Shown here piece after piece: positions 51,524 through 64,000 of a stretch of DNA of 64,000 nt. The stretch spans positions 31,868,001 to 31,932,000 of the forward strand of contig OZ024745.1 of assembly GCA_964016885.1 (NCBI GenBank), in the 5' to 3' direction. Made by a program: the position numbers and the translations under genes. A model generated the notes under the pieces. The model did no database searches. It was not told where the DNA came from and saw nothing but the letters and a program-made list of their open reading frames with translations. Positions within the stretch are counted from its first letter, which is position 1, and each line of letters starts with the position of its first letter. Origin of the DNA: Eledone cirrhosa. Taxonomy: Eukaryota.

Positions 51524-53380
51524 AAGGCGGGTAAAATTCCCGAGATCCATGGACGAGTTCTCTCCAGCGGTCTCTGTCCCTCATTATCGCTGCCATGTCC
51601 TGCGTCTCCAACAGACCAGTGTCTGTCCTTAGGGCATCAACATACGTTAACCTTGGTCTTCCTCTTCTAGTGTGTCCATGTAGGGGCTCCCACAGGAGCA
51701 CTGAGTGCAATGTCAACTCTGGATGTCGGTGAACATGTCCAGCTAACCTCAGTCTCCTCTGTGTCACTTTTGAGCTGACTTTTGGGATGCTCCCATACAG
51801 CTCTGAGTTTTTCATCCTCAGTGTATACTGATTAATGTTCAGAGCCATCCTCAGCATTCTTGTGTAGCACCCATCCACCATCTGAGTGAGTTTCTTGGTC
51901 AGTGTCCAAGTCTCAGACCCGTACAGCAGCACAGACTCCACTACAACAATGAAGAGGCAGATTTTCAGGTCTTTACGAAGATCCGACTTCCACACCGATC
52001 TCAAGCTGTGGAACGCCGCCCAGGCTTTGCTCTTCCTCTCAACCACATCATCTTCTGTATTCCCAATCTTTGCTCCCAAATACAGGAAGCCCTCAACCAA
52101 TTCTAGCGGCTTCCCACCTACATTAGTGATCCCCTCTGGCTTCTCAACATTCTCTACCAGATATTTTGTTTTAGTCTCATTCATTCTCAACCCCACACTC
52201 ATCGACACAGTCAAACCTCCCGCATCAAATCCTCTGCCTCCTTCACTGTATTTGTAACCAAAACTATGTCGTCGGCAAATTCAGCATCCGATACCCTTTT
52301 CGCCTTAACTCTCCTGCTCTGAGCCGGTGCTACAGTAAAGCCAGAGTCCTGGTGTTTCTCCAGTGCAAAGCGCATACAATAGTCCACTACGATGATAAAA
52401 AGGTAGGGAGCCAATGTATCTCCCTGGAGCACTCCAGCCAGTATCTCAAAGAACTCTGTCATCCCATCAGGTGTAATGACTTAGGCTTTGGTGTTGGTGT
52501 AGAACAGTGATATCAGGTCCACTATCTTCTTGGGGATTCCATAAGCCTGTAAGATCTTCATCAGGCAGTGACGGTCCACAGAATCAAAGGCCTTCCTAAA
52601 GTCAATGAAAACCATGACCGCAGGAAGGCACTTTGCTCTAGCTCCCTCTAATATCCTCCTCAGCATCAGGATGTGACTGGTGGTTGATCTTCCCTCTCTG
52701 AAGCCATTCTGGTTGTCCCTGAGCTTCTTCTCCATCTCAGGCTGGATCCTGTTAAGAATCATCCTGTTGAGGGTCTTTGCCACAAGTGACGTCAGTGAGA
52801 TCCCTCTGTAGTTGTTGGTGTTAGAGAGATCTCCCTTCTTTGGCACTGGGACGATGTTACTGATCCTCCACTGATTCGGGGCAACTCCTTTCTCCAGTGC
52901 CTGGTTACAGAACCCCAGGATGATATCATCAAAATCACACCTCTTCATCACCTCTGATGCCACTCCATCTTCTCCATGAGCCTTGCCCTCCTTGGCTCTC
53001 TGAAGCTCCTCTCTGGTGAAGGGCTCTGTCTCAACATCCAGTTCCTCAAACAGCCGCCTGATCTCCCCAGTGCTCTGGGCTGTGGAGGGTGGCTCTCCTA
53101 GTAGGGTCCTAAAATGGTCTAGCCATTTCCTCTTCCTATCCTCGGGCCCCATTCCCTGGATCTGACTCGAACACCTTGTCTTCCTCCCTGTGATCTCGTT
53201 GATGATCATACAGCTCTCCTTACATCCGGATCTGTTAACCGCTCTCTCCACACTTCTGATCTTCTCTATCAGTGCCTCCTCTCTTGTCTCAGTGTAAGCG
53301 GTACAGAGTTCTTCCCTCATCACCTCCACAGTCTCCATCCTCTCCTCCGTAGGATCAGCATAGAATTGGTCCTTGGCAGC
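51522..53380 (-). pseudogene. LINE (RTE-group, subclade uncertain) reverse transcriptase with one stop and one frameshift
   Basis: NYRGISL, NQNGFR, FIDFRKAFDSV, GVLQGDTLAPYLF, FADD, YGSETW, RGRP across ORFs 52481-53431, 52211-52462 and 51522-52214. Confidence 0.92.
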
Positions 53381-53673
53381 TTTGACAATATATAAACAAC
53401 CATCTGGTTGTGGAACCAACCAACTAACCATAAATTTATAAATTCCTAAATTTATAAATTTATTATAATAAATTTAAGTGAAAGCAACTGGTGTGTGTGT
53501 TTCTTATTGGCAACATGACCCTCCCGAAGTATAACAACATCGGTTTCAACACACGTTTTCAGATAAAGAATCTTGCTAAACAAATTCAGAAACGAAATAT
53601 ATATATATATATATACATACACACATAATTTATATACATATATATATACACACATATATATATATATATACAT

Positions 53674-53747
<74 letters not shown>

Positions 53748-53863
53748 ACACATAAACATACACACATACATATACACACACATATATATACATATATACA
53801 TGTATGCACATATACATATATACACATATATATATATACACATACATATATATATATATATAT

Positions 53864-53907
<44 letters not shown>

Positions 53908-53963
53908 ATATATATAAATACACATATATATATATACACATATATATATATATATACACATAC

Positions 53964-54015
<52 letters not shown>

Positions 54016-54377
54016 CTCACTTCCTCCCGTTTGGCTTGTGTGGGTCGCTTCTTGCTCACATCTCACACACATCAACACGGTCTGTACCTCTCTCGCTCAT
54101 GAAATCCACCCAGCTTATGCTGACCGGACAACCATGTTGCTTGTTTATTTTCCTATCTTCGGTTTGCTTTTATCCTTCTAAGCTGTTTACTTGTGCCCTC
54201 GCCTTACGCGAATTCTGGTCCCAATAAATTTTTTTAGTTATTGCTCGCACCAACCTGAGGTATCTGATTTTTAATGCGATGAAATACCAATGATGGTTGG
54301 AAAATCACTGACGAAGGACTATTTTTATCATATGTAACCCATGTGCAAACCACGCAGTATTCTTCTTTCTTCTCATG

Positions 54378-54419
<42 letters not shown>

Positions 54420-54716
54420 CACAGACACACACATACATATAAATACATACATATACACACACACATACATATATATATACACATACACATACATACACAC
54501 ATATACATATATATATACATATATATATATATATACATATATATACACATATACATACACATACACACATACATACATACATACATACATATATACACAC
54601 AAACATATACATACATATATACATAAATATATATACACACATATATACACGCACATATACACATATAAATATATATATATATACACATATATATATATAT
54701 ATACACATATATATAT

Positions 54717-54836
<120 letters not shown>

Positions 54837-55348
54837 CGGACGAAACCATGGTCGAGGTAAATAAATGTATTCTCTTTTCTCCTAGTTTATTTTACACCTA
54901 ATTCTGTTTAATTGACTATATCTGGGCGAAATCGAAATATTCGATAAATATTCCGTCGCAGCCGGCGCCAAGGGCTGGTTTCGGTTATTTGTTGGAGATT
55001 TCTTCATAGAAGCCTTATTCTTATAGCCTGGTCTATTCGATTTTTTATATGGTTAATTATGCTAATTGGGAGAGGAAATGGTATATATTTTATGTGGTGA
55101 TTCTATAGACATGTTTTATGATATATATATATATATATATATATATAACAAAGGAATTGTGGTAAGGAACCAGATGGACCATAACGCACCAGAGTACTCA
55201 ATACTTAGGGTAGTAGAGTGGGAATTAGGAAAAAGTATGACCCCGACGGCAGAGCTCAAGCCGTTTCGACGGCTATTTCTGGACTAAATTTAGTCCAGAA
55301 ATACCCTTCGAAACGGATTGAGCTCTGCCGTCGGAGTCATACTTTTTC

Positions 55349-55413
<65 letters not shown>

Positions 55414-55444
55414 CACACACACATACATACATATATATACACAT

Positions 55445-56055
55445 ACATGGTGGCTGCCAACTCGTTTTCGAGTACGGCTACTACTTTATATCCATGTAGG
55501 AGAACCCCTACCGATGCGCTGAACGAGTGTGACTTTTTTAGTTCAGCCAGCGACTTGAAAACGCTGGCACAAACACTACACATGTGACAATTATTAACAC
55601 ATAGTGCTGGGCCCATGGTACCATGTGACGACAAGGACAGAGAGATCTCCAGATATAAAGCAATGCCTGTGCCGTGAAGCTTTTATAGTGAGCAAAGGCA
55701 CTGCACAAAGCCAGTCCCACTCTCTTAACCAAGATGATATTTACCAAAAAGAAGAACAAGTCAACATCATTGGATACCATCAGGGTTGCAGGTGTTATAT
55801 CAGAGTTTTCGTTCTCCTAGAATTCTGCCATGACAAAGGCTAAGGGGTCATCTCTCCCGGCGATTTTGGATGGCCATTGACTCTTAAGAGCTCCTTTGCT
55901 CTTTGACAGGTTTTGATTTTAATCCTGCAGGATGTCCAAAGTCATCCTCCTCACCAAGAAACCTTGGTGGGGTTGCCAGTTTAGTCGCCAACGACCCGAC
56001 CATGAGACAGGTTGTACTGGGATATATGTTACCAGTAGCACCAACTGGTGACCTG
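55445..56055 (-). mobile_element. Non-autonomous bipartite RTE-derived element
   Basis: LINE-5'UTR-like motifs (CTGGCAACCCCA; CTAGGAGAACGAAAACTCTGA) joined to a residual zinc finger CSVCASVFKSLAELKKSH; related copy at 20745-21095. Confidence 0.55.
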
Positions 56056-56107
<52 letters not shown>

Positions 56108-56215
56108 GTGTAAAAGTTCTATTTAAATTGTTGGGATACAACAAGCAAATATTTTTATAACTGATATAAAGCACTCGACAAATGGAAACTATATTTATAA
56201 AACCATATTTATTTC

Positions 56216-56270
<55 letters not shown>

Positions 56271-56928
56271 AAAATTAAAATTAAGGGTTGTCATGTCTGA
56301 GAGACATGCGCCATATCCACCGTAGAATAAGCTCAAAGATTAGATCGGAGCATTACATATCAACTAGAAATAGATTGACATATATATATATAAAATAAAT
56401 ACATGAAACAATCACAGGGAATAATTTGTAAAGAATGTAGGCACACATAGCTAGGTAGGTAACTAATTAAAGTTTGACTAGATACCTTTTAAAATGATTA
56501 ATCTCCTTTGTATATATTTCTTTAAGTAAGAAATATATTTCACTTATTAATCCGTAAATCACAGCAGTTAAATTCTTGGATGTTCACCAAAGGAGAAGAA
56601 AAATAACCATCTGTGTATACAAAGCAAATGCAAATCTGTGAATGATTCGAACCACGTGTTGCATTTTTTTAAAAATACACTCGTTGAACAACGTCATCCC
56701 AGTGGCGTGAATAGGACCATCGACAGCCAGAAATAGCAGCCGAGCCTGTTCAACTGAATTAGCTCAACAATCAAGGGGCTGTATATATATCCAAATATAT
56801 ATATGTATGAATGAAGTAATTCCGTCGGAAAAGTCCAGGAAACTATATATATATGTATACAAATAAAATATAGAGTTATTAACTCATATAGATACCCTGC
56901 AATTAACAAGTTCAAAGTATAAATACTG

Positions 56929-57122
56929 AGGCGGTGAATTGGCAGTTGTCGGTAGAGGGTCGGACGCCATGCTTTGACGCATAGAGTTACGGCCCTTGCC
57001 ATTCTGAGTTCAAATCTCGCCGAGGTTAACTTTGCCTTTCATCCTTACGGAGTCGATAAAATAAAGTACCGGTAATGTAGTGGGTAATTGCTGGCCTTGT
57101 GCCAATAGTAGAAACAATTATA
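56929..57122 (+). mobile_element. tRNA-derived SINE
   Basis: Near-identical to 47015-47201. Confidence 0.92.
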
Positions 57123-57196
57123 ATATTAATATGTGTAGAAGTAAACACAGTAAACCCGTGTCTAATTTTAGACACGGGTTTACTGTGTTTACTTCT

Positions 57197-57253
<57 letters not shown>

Positions 57254-57339
57254 GAATAAGAAACAGAAGTATCAAATCAAACAATGTGTTTGTCTGCCAC
57301 AGGGTGTGGCCAAAGAGATAGTTGTAATATATATATATA

Positions 57340-57392
57340 GGACCCGTCCCACCCTTGCAAGCAGGGAAAAGCGGACGTAAAATGGTGATGAT

Positions 57393-57393
<1 letters not shown>
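57340..57393 (+). mobile_element. Isolated RTE 3' terminus
   Basis: CCCGTC...GGACGTAAAATGGTGATGATGA resembles the 3' end of the 47828 LINE; flanked by (TA)n. Confidence 0.6.
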
Positions 57394-57448
<55 letters not shown>

Positions 57449-57987
57449 CCTATGATTTGATTAGGATAGCTCAATATTTAATTAGACATCAATTAAGATA
57501 TATACACAGGATATATTAAGGTTCTTAAATATCGCTGGACGCGAGAGAAGTGATTCCCTCTAAGTTTTCTTTCCCCCAAAAAATTTATTAGCTTGCAAAA
57601 AACATATATAAATATAAAATTTGGATTAATAAATAATAATTAATAGTTTAATAATACATAGACTATCATTAAAAGTAAACTATATATATTAGAATAATTA
57701 AATCTAGAAGTAAATATAACCATTCATTAAATGATATAAAGTTTATGGAGAGTAAATATAACCAGTTAGATTCTAAAAAATAAATGAAAATTAAAAAATA
57801 ACGAAGTTCACATAAATTGAATTTTAAATTAATTTAGATAATAAATGAACAAAATATATTATATATATTATTATAGTTTAGATATATCGGGTGGTTTTCT
57901 GCTAGCATGTGTAGTGTGTATATTGATATTATACGCAGGTATATATATATGTAGATATGATACATCAAATAAAATCGTAATTGACAA

Positions 57988-59352
57988 TCCTAAACGGACG
58001 GTAGTCCGTTTAGTAATATTGTTGTGGTCGTGTTTTCGTTGGCAATCGTCTGTTTACGACAGTACAGCGCGGCTCTACTTTATTTAACTGAGATAAAACT
58101 TATATGAGCATGAACAGTAAATCATTACGCATCTTTTGGCTTAAAAATCTAGAAATTTGGTCCAGTGGGAAAAAGTTTATAATCAAAGTTGCTGATAAAT
58201 CTTGTGTTCAAGTGAGTGAGTAGTAAGCGTGACGCCAGGGGAGGTAATCCAGAAATGACGTAGCTTTGTCATTAAGCCAGTTGCCTCAACTAGATTGCAA
58301 TTATACTCAAAAGAACTTTAAAATGTCAATCATTTGTCAGTAATTCACTATGATCATTTAATTATTAGATAGTTGTTGTTTGCATTGCCTTAAAAAATAG
58401 TAGACCAGATAGAAAAATGCGTACAGCAAAAAAAAGTAATATTGTTGGAATATAAACCTTTAAAAATACAGGACAAGAAACTAAGATAAAACTTTAAAGA
58501 ATAGGACAAGAAATAAAAAATTTTTCAATAATATTAGTGGCAAAATTTTTTTATTCGTTTCCTGTGCTATGACCCAGTATCTTCTTGATTAGTGCATAAT
58601 AATTGTCATGCTCTCATTGTGCGTTGCCCCTGAGCGGTTGGTTCTGGTTGGGGTTGGTTGGCTGATCAGTTCTGCTCCGTCAGAATGACCATTGCAAGAA
58701 GAATTGGCCGATGTAGCTGCAGGTCTCCTCCAAGAATGCACTTCTGGTCCCGCAACACCAGACGAAGATGGAGAAGACGACCGGGACAAGATGTCGACTC
58801 TGACCACCGACTACGGCACCTCCCTCAACCACCGGTCCTCTCTCCCGTCACCCCTCCAGTCCTCCTGCTCCCCCTTCCTGTACCAGAAGCTGTGGCACGT
58901 ATTCATCTGGACTGCCGGACTTGAACTCAAGGACAAGATGCAAGGAGAAGATGGACGGGTTGGTCAAGATCAAGGATGAGCGGGACGACAAGACCGTCCG
59001 CTGCTGCTCAAGATCTGTGCTCATGGGCCCATGGGTCCATTCACATTATGCATGACACATGAGGCGTGTCGCCGAATGATGAAATAGGGGTATGGTTATG
59101 GCCCAATTGGTGTTCAAACCAGGATCAAATGATCCCTTCGGTCTGACGACGACCTCTGAATGTGGAACCCAGAGCCGATGAATGTGGAACTCGATTTTTT
59201 ACCAATAAAAATTTTGCCACTAATATTATTGTAAAATTTGTTATTTCTTGTCCAATTCTTTAAAGTTTTATTTTAGTTTCTTGTCCTGTATTTTTAAAGG
59301 TTTATATTCCAACAATATTACTTTTTTTTGCTGTACGCATTTTTCTATCTGG
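57988..59352 (+). mobile_element. Composite Helitron-ended/long-TIR element, copy 2
   Basis: GACAA|TCCTAAACGG...CTATCTGG|TATATT; matches 1739-3723 but lacks ~2030-2560 and one TIR subrepeat; TIR part is 58404-59353. Confidence 0.8.
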
Positions 59353-59609
59353 TATATTATACATAGAAATTGAACGAATCAGCAACGTAATCCATAATAC
59401 ATTAAAAAAGGTGTAGAAAATCATAATCTCTCTATCTCTCTCATCACAAACTCTCTTTCTATATATATGGTAGTTGAAATGGTGGTGGTGTCGACGATAT
59501 ACCGGTAGTGTAACTTTGAAAAGAAGTCAATTTCAAATTATTTATTTTTACGAAATTATTTTTGTTTACGAAATTGAGTACATAAATTATGTAATATTTA
59601 TTCATTATT

Positions 59610-59967
59610 GTCCCTTTACGATCTGAGTTCAAATCCCGCCGAGGTTAACTTTACCTTTCATCCATACAGAGGTCGATAAAATAAAGTACCAGTAATGTAC
59701 TGGGTAATTGCTGGCCTTGTGCCAAAAGTAGAAACACTTATTTATTCAAAGTAATCCACCGCCCTGGATTGGTATTATCGGTAGAGAGTCGGACGCCATG
59801 CTTTGAAGCATAGAGTTACGTCCTTTTATGATCTGAGTTCAAATCTTGCCGAGGTTAACTTTGCCTTTCATCCTTACGGGGTCGATAAAATAAAGTACCA
59901 GTAATGTACTTGGTAATTGCTGGCCTTGTGCCAAAAGTAGAAGCAATTATTTATTCAAAGTAATCCA
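59610..59967 (+). mobile_element. Two tandem SINE copies (the first 5'-truncated)
   Basis: Both end in ...AAAGTAGAA...TTATTTATTCAAAGTAATCCA. Confidence 0.88.
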
Positions 59968-61226
59968 ACTTATTTTACAAACGGGATAAAAAAAAAAAAA
60001 CCGTACGCAATCCAGCAGACCTTCCTTTATTATAGTTTACATTGATAGGGATATATACATTTTAATATATTTTAATACATTTTTAATAGTTATTTAATTA
60101 GGCATTAAAGATAAATTGTTTTAAAGTTGTAGTATAATATTAATAGAATATCTTACCTTATAATAAAACATTGTCATAATCTAGAATGAGCTAAATTAAA
60201 TTTAATTAATTTAAGCATTTAAATTTGTAATTAACTTAAATATTTGATTGCTATAGAAAGTAATCTATGCCTAATAATCTGGATATAATCTAAACTTATA
60301 ATTAATCCAATACAAGCGGTATTCACTGATAAATATTAGGGAAAATTTTTAATTTTTAATTTTGTCTAGCATTTGAATACAACGGATTTTTTTAATTCTC
60401 CCCTCTATTTTATCCTTCCCTTTTCTCTTTTTCTTCGTTTTTCTTTATTTCCCATCTTCCCTTTTCTTCTGTTTCTTATTCCCCTTCTTCTCTCTCCGCA
60501 TCTTTTCTTTTATTTTTCTTATTTTATTTATTATTTATTTCCCTTCTTTTTCTTCGCATCTTCCCTCTCAACCCCCTAATTTGAGTGCTTCTAATCTATT
60601 GTAAAATTGTATTCGTAGAATAATCAACGAACCATATAAACTTTGGTTCTCCAAAACTTGAAAACCCCTACCACTTGTCTCAACTCTAAGACCGAGATCT
60701 TTAGATGCTGTCCGCACCTGAAATCGCATCTACTTTTTAACTGGATTAACATACCAACGATTACTCAACCACCTTAAACTTCTTCTTTACTTATCACGCC
60801 TTTCACTCACTACCAATTTCATTACCTTATGAACACATACTTTCTACCAATATATACTTTTTCTCCCTCATCTCTTTCTATATATCATTTGACTTATATC
60901 CCCCCCCCCCTACTATCTACCATACCTTTAACACATACACACCCACCACCTTTATCCTTTACCCAGATCACTTTTTAACTATATATCCTTATCCAGATCT
61001 CATCACAAACACTCACTCTCTACTACAACTTTTACACCCCTTTTCTCCCTTACCTGTTCTTAATAAGTGTTTCTATTATTTTATTTCAGTTTTACTCCCA
61101 TTTGTCCTTACTTACCCACTAGGTTTTTAAGTGTACTCACATAAGGTTGTATGTGGGCGCATATGCAGACAGGGTTTATGTGTACTTACATATATACGTG
61201 GTTTTATATTCGTATGTGTGTGTGTG

Positions 61227-61299
<73 letters not shown>

Positions 61300-62756
61300 G
61301 TATATATATTTAAAATGCTCCGAAGATTCCAAGCCTAGGTTTGGATGAAACAATTGTAAGTGAATAAATGCTTTGAACATAGCTTTGATTCTTGTGAATT
61401 CTATATATATGTATGTATATATTTGTTTATATGTATTTGTATATATGTATGTATGTTATTGTATATATGTTTTGTATATATGTGTGTATGGATTTACGTA
61501 TATGTTTATTTGTATGCGTGTGTTGATTTCTTATTGCGTGCGTATGTGTACGTATGTATTAATGGGTTATGTACCTTTGAGATTCATCTATCTAATTTAT
61601 TGTAGTGTTCTTTTTGTATGTGTATGCATGTGGATGTGTGTGTACATGTATGTATGTATGTGTATATATATGTGTGTATGTATGTGTGTATATATGTATA
61701 TATATGTATGCACATGTATGTGTATGTGTACGTATATTTATTTTATATATATACAAGCGAAACTACCCGTCCTTTGTACGGTTCAAGTAGCTTTCGATGT
61801 AGCTCATTAAACTAAACAAAGTAAATTTGAATACATAGAAGAAAAACGAACTTTATGTAAACATGAAAACCTTAGGCACTATTCCAGCGAAATAATTAAT
61901 ATGTGAGCTCGGTGTCATCCGTTATACCATGTAACAACAGAAATCCAGTCTAGGTATAAATTTTTTTGACAACAGTAAAAACGCATCATGAAATAGAGAA
62001 GTGAAGTGAATAATAGACACTATTATGTACAAAGCATAATATTGTAAAAGTTATGACATCACTTAATGTATGAACATCAAGCTTGAAACGATAAATTATA
62101 CAATGTCAAATCTATAACTTAACTTAATAATCTGTTAGAAATTGCTGGTTGTGAAATATACAAAATGATATTGTTAGTCTCAAGGAAGCGTACCTTTTGT
62201 TTCAAGTATAAAGAGTAAATTAAAATCCGAATGAGCCGAATTACGAAAGATAACTCTTGTCTTACTTAAAGATAACTCTTGTCTTACTTAATCACGAAAA
62301 TTGACAGAAATAACCGAAACTTTTTTAATGTCTCCAAAGGCCCCAATATCGATTGGATAAGAATTTTGTAGATCATGTATAGGTTTTGTGCAAGGAAAAG
62401 CTCTGTAAAAAATTTCAAAGAAATCGCATGAATGGTTTAGAATATATGAGCCCTCATTAAAAATTGTCCACACGCACATACAGAAAACTTCGTCTTTATA
62501 TATACACAGATATAGACATAATTGTGTGTGTGTTTGCATGTGTATAGGTATATATGCATGTATATGTGTATGTGTATGTATATGTATATATATATATGTA
62601 TATGCATATCTTGTGTATTTGTTTATATTTAAATTGTTTTTATTTCTCCCCCACACACTCACACCTTTCGTTGTCAACATGTCCCCCTTTTTTTACTTTA
62701 TTTTGTTTTTGATTTTGATTTTTACTTTCTTATATATATATATACAAGTGGAAGCT

Positions 62757-63476
62757 TATTTCCAACAAAGGAAGCAACCCCGGTTTTTGGCGGGTAAATT
62801 CAAAGTGTTAAGAAGGGAAATATAATTTTTCCGCTCAAACATTCCGAATAAAAGCTCTCAACCAGATGTTATTAAACAAACACATATAATTAACCAATCA
62901 ACAGAATTGTCTAATTAAATTAATTAGTTAATTATTAAATCTAGGAGAAAATAGTACAAGTGGAAGCTTAGTAAAATCGAAGCTTTGGCTGTGGTCAAGC
63001 AAAGTCGGCCTACAATAGGAATGAGTTAGCAAAGCACTCAATAAGGGTCCTTAGAGTAATAACGAACGTTAAAATAGCTTGACAAATTGAACATTGCGGT
63101 AGGCAAAACCTAATACACAATACCAAAGTAACGAAAGAACTAACAGGTTAAAAGATACACCTGGACAAATGAAACGATATACGTCTAAAGTGTTTCTATG
63201 AATCCGAAATCATTTATCCAACTTACGTAACAGGCACGCTCGTGGTATTTCATGATCGAACAGAGGATTCATTTCATCAACAGGGATCCTGTTCTGCCTC
63301 AAACCGGTGTGAACAAACAAAGTGCGGTCGCTACAGAATGCAGCTTTCGAACACTTCGTTGTCACGTGTTATTTCCAACAAGGGAAGCAACCCCCGGTTT
63401 TTGGCGGGTAAATTCAAAGTGTTAACAAGGGAAATATTATAATTTCCGCTCGAACATTCCGAATAAAAGCTCTCAA
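62757..63476. repeat. ~105-bp direct repeats (62757-62861 and 63369-63476) bounding a (TA)n-flanked element
   Basis: ATTTCCAACAA.GGAAGCAACCCCGGTTTTTGGCGGG...AAAAGCTCTCAA occurs twice; interior 63020-63140 resembles 39633-39760. Confidence 0.8.
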
Positions 63477-63910
63477 TATATATACATATATTTTTTGTAT
63501 TTTTTGTTCTTATTTATTTATTTAGTTATTCCTGCTTCCTAACTACTTCCCGTATCTGCGTGTACATTTTTGAGTGCATATATATCTGTGTATATGTACG
63601 TGTATGTATTTATGTATATATCTGTGTATATGTATGTGTATGTATTTATGTTCCTGTCTGTATTTATTTGTAGACGCAAATACGCTTATGTGAGAAAGTA
63701 TACGTCTACGTACTTTTTAGTATACGCGCGTAGTTGAGTGTGTGTATGTTTACGTTCTGGATATTTATATTTTTATATGTAGAAGTTCTATTTAAATTGT
63801 TGGGATACAACAAGCAAATATTTTTATAACTGATATAAAGCACTCAACAAATTATTGGAATAAAAATACGATATATTAACAAATGGAAACGATATTTATA
63901 AAACCATATT

Positions 63911-63975
63911 TATTTCATTATACATATTTCAAGGACACCAAGTTAAATTATGGTGTGCTTTCATCAGATAAAATA
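63911..63975 (-). ncRNA. Type I hammerhead motif (same family as 45568)
   Basis: Reverse complement TATTTTAT-CTGATGA-AAGCACACCA...TGGTGTCCTT-GAAA-TATGTA-TA-ATGAAATA. Confidence 0.8.
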
Positions 63976-64000
63976 TAATGTAGATAAGTTTTATAAATAA

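Overview
AT-rich, repeat-saturated eukaryotic DNA, most likely from an octopod cephalopod, judged from the abundant tRNA-derived SINE 'GGCGGTGAATTGGCAG...GAGTTCAAATCCCGCCGAGG...GGGGTCGATAAA'. I can support no host protein-coding gene. The window is a nested mosaic of: (TA)n and other microsatellites; several satellites; Helitrons (one RepHel relic and several non-autonomous copies); two hAT relics; a young non-autonomous LTR element; a Merlin-like MITE; RTE-group, Tx1-like and CRE-like LINE pieces; and two Penelope-like elements (PLEs). Three things stand out. (1) There is a dense population of fold-back (palindromic) non-coding elements that abut (TA)n tracts. Many carry type I hammerhead ribozyme motifs, with stem covariation, and two are fused directly to LINE coding fragments. 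(2) A twice-present composite element has Helitron-type ends (A|TC...CTGG|T, no TSD), and its 3' end is supplied by a long-TIR fold-back element. (3) A Tc1/mariner-like MITE has been amplified into a satellite inside head-to-tail Helitrons. All coordinates were read by eye and boundaries may be off by a few bases.
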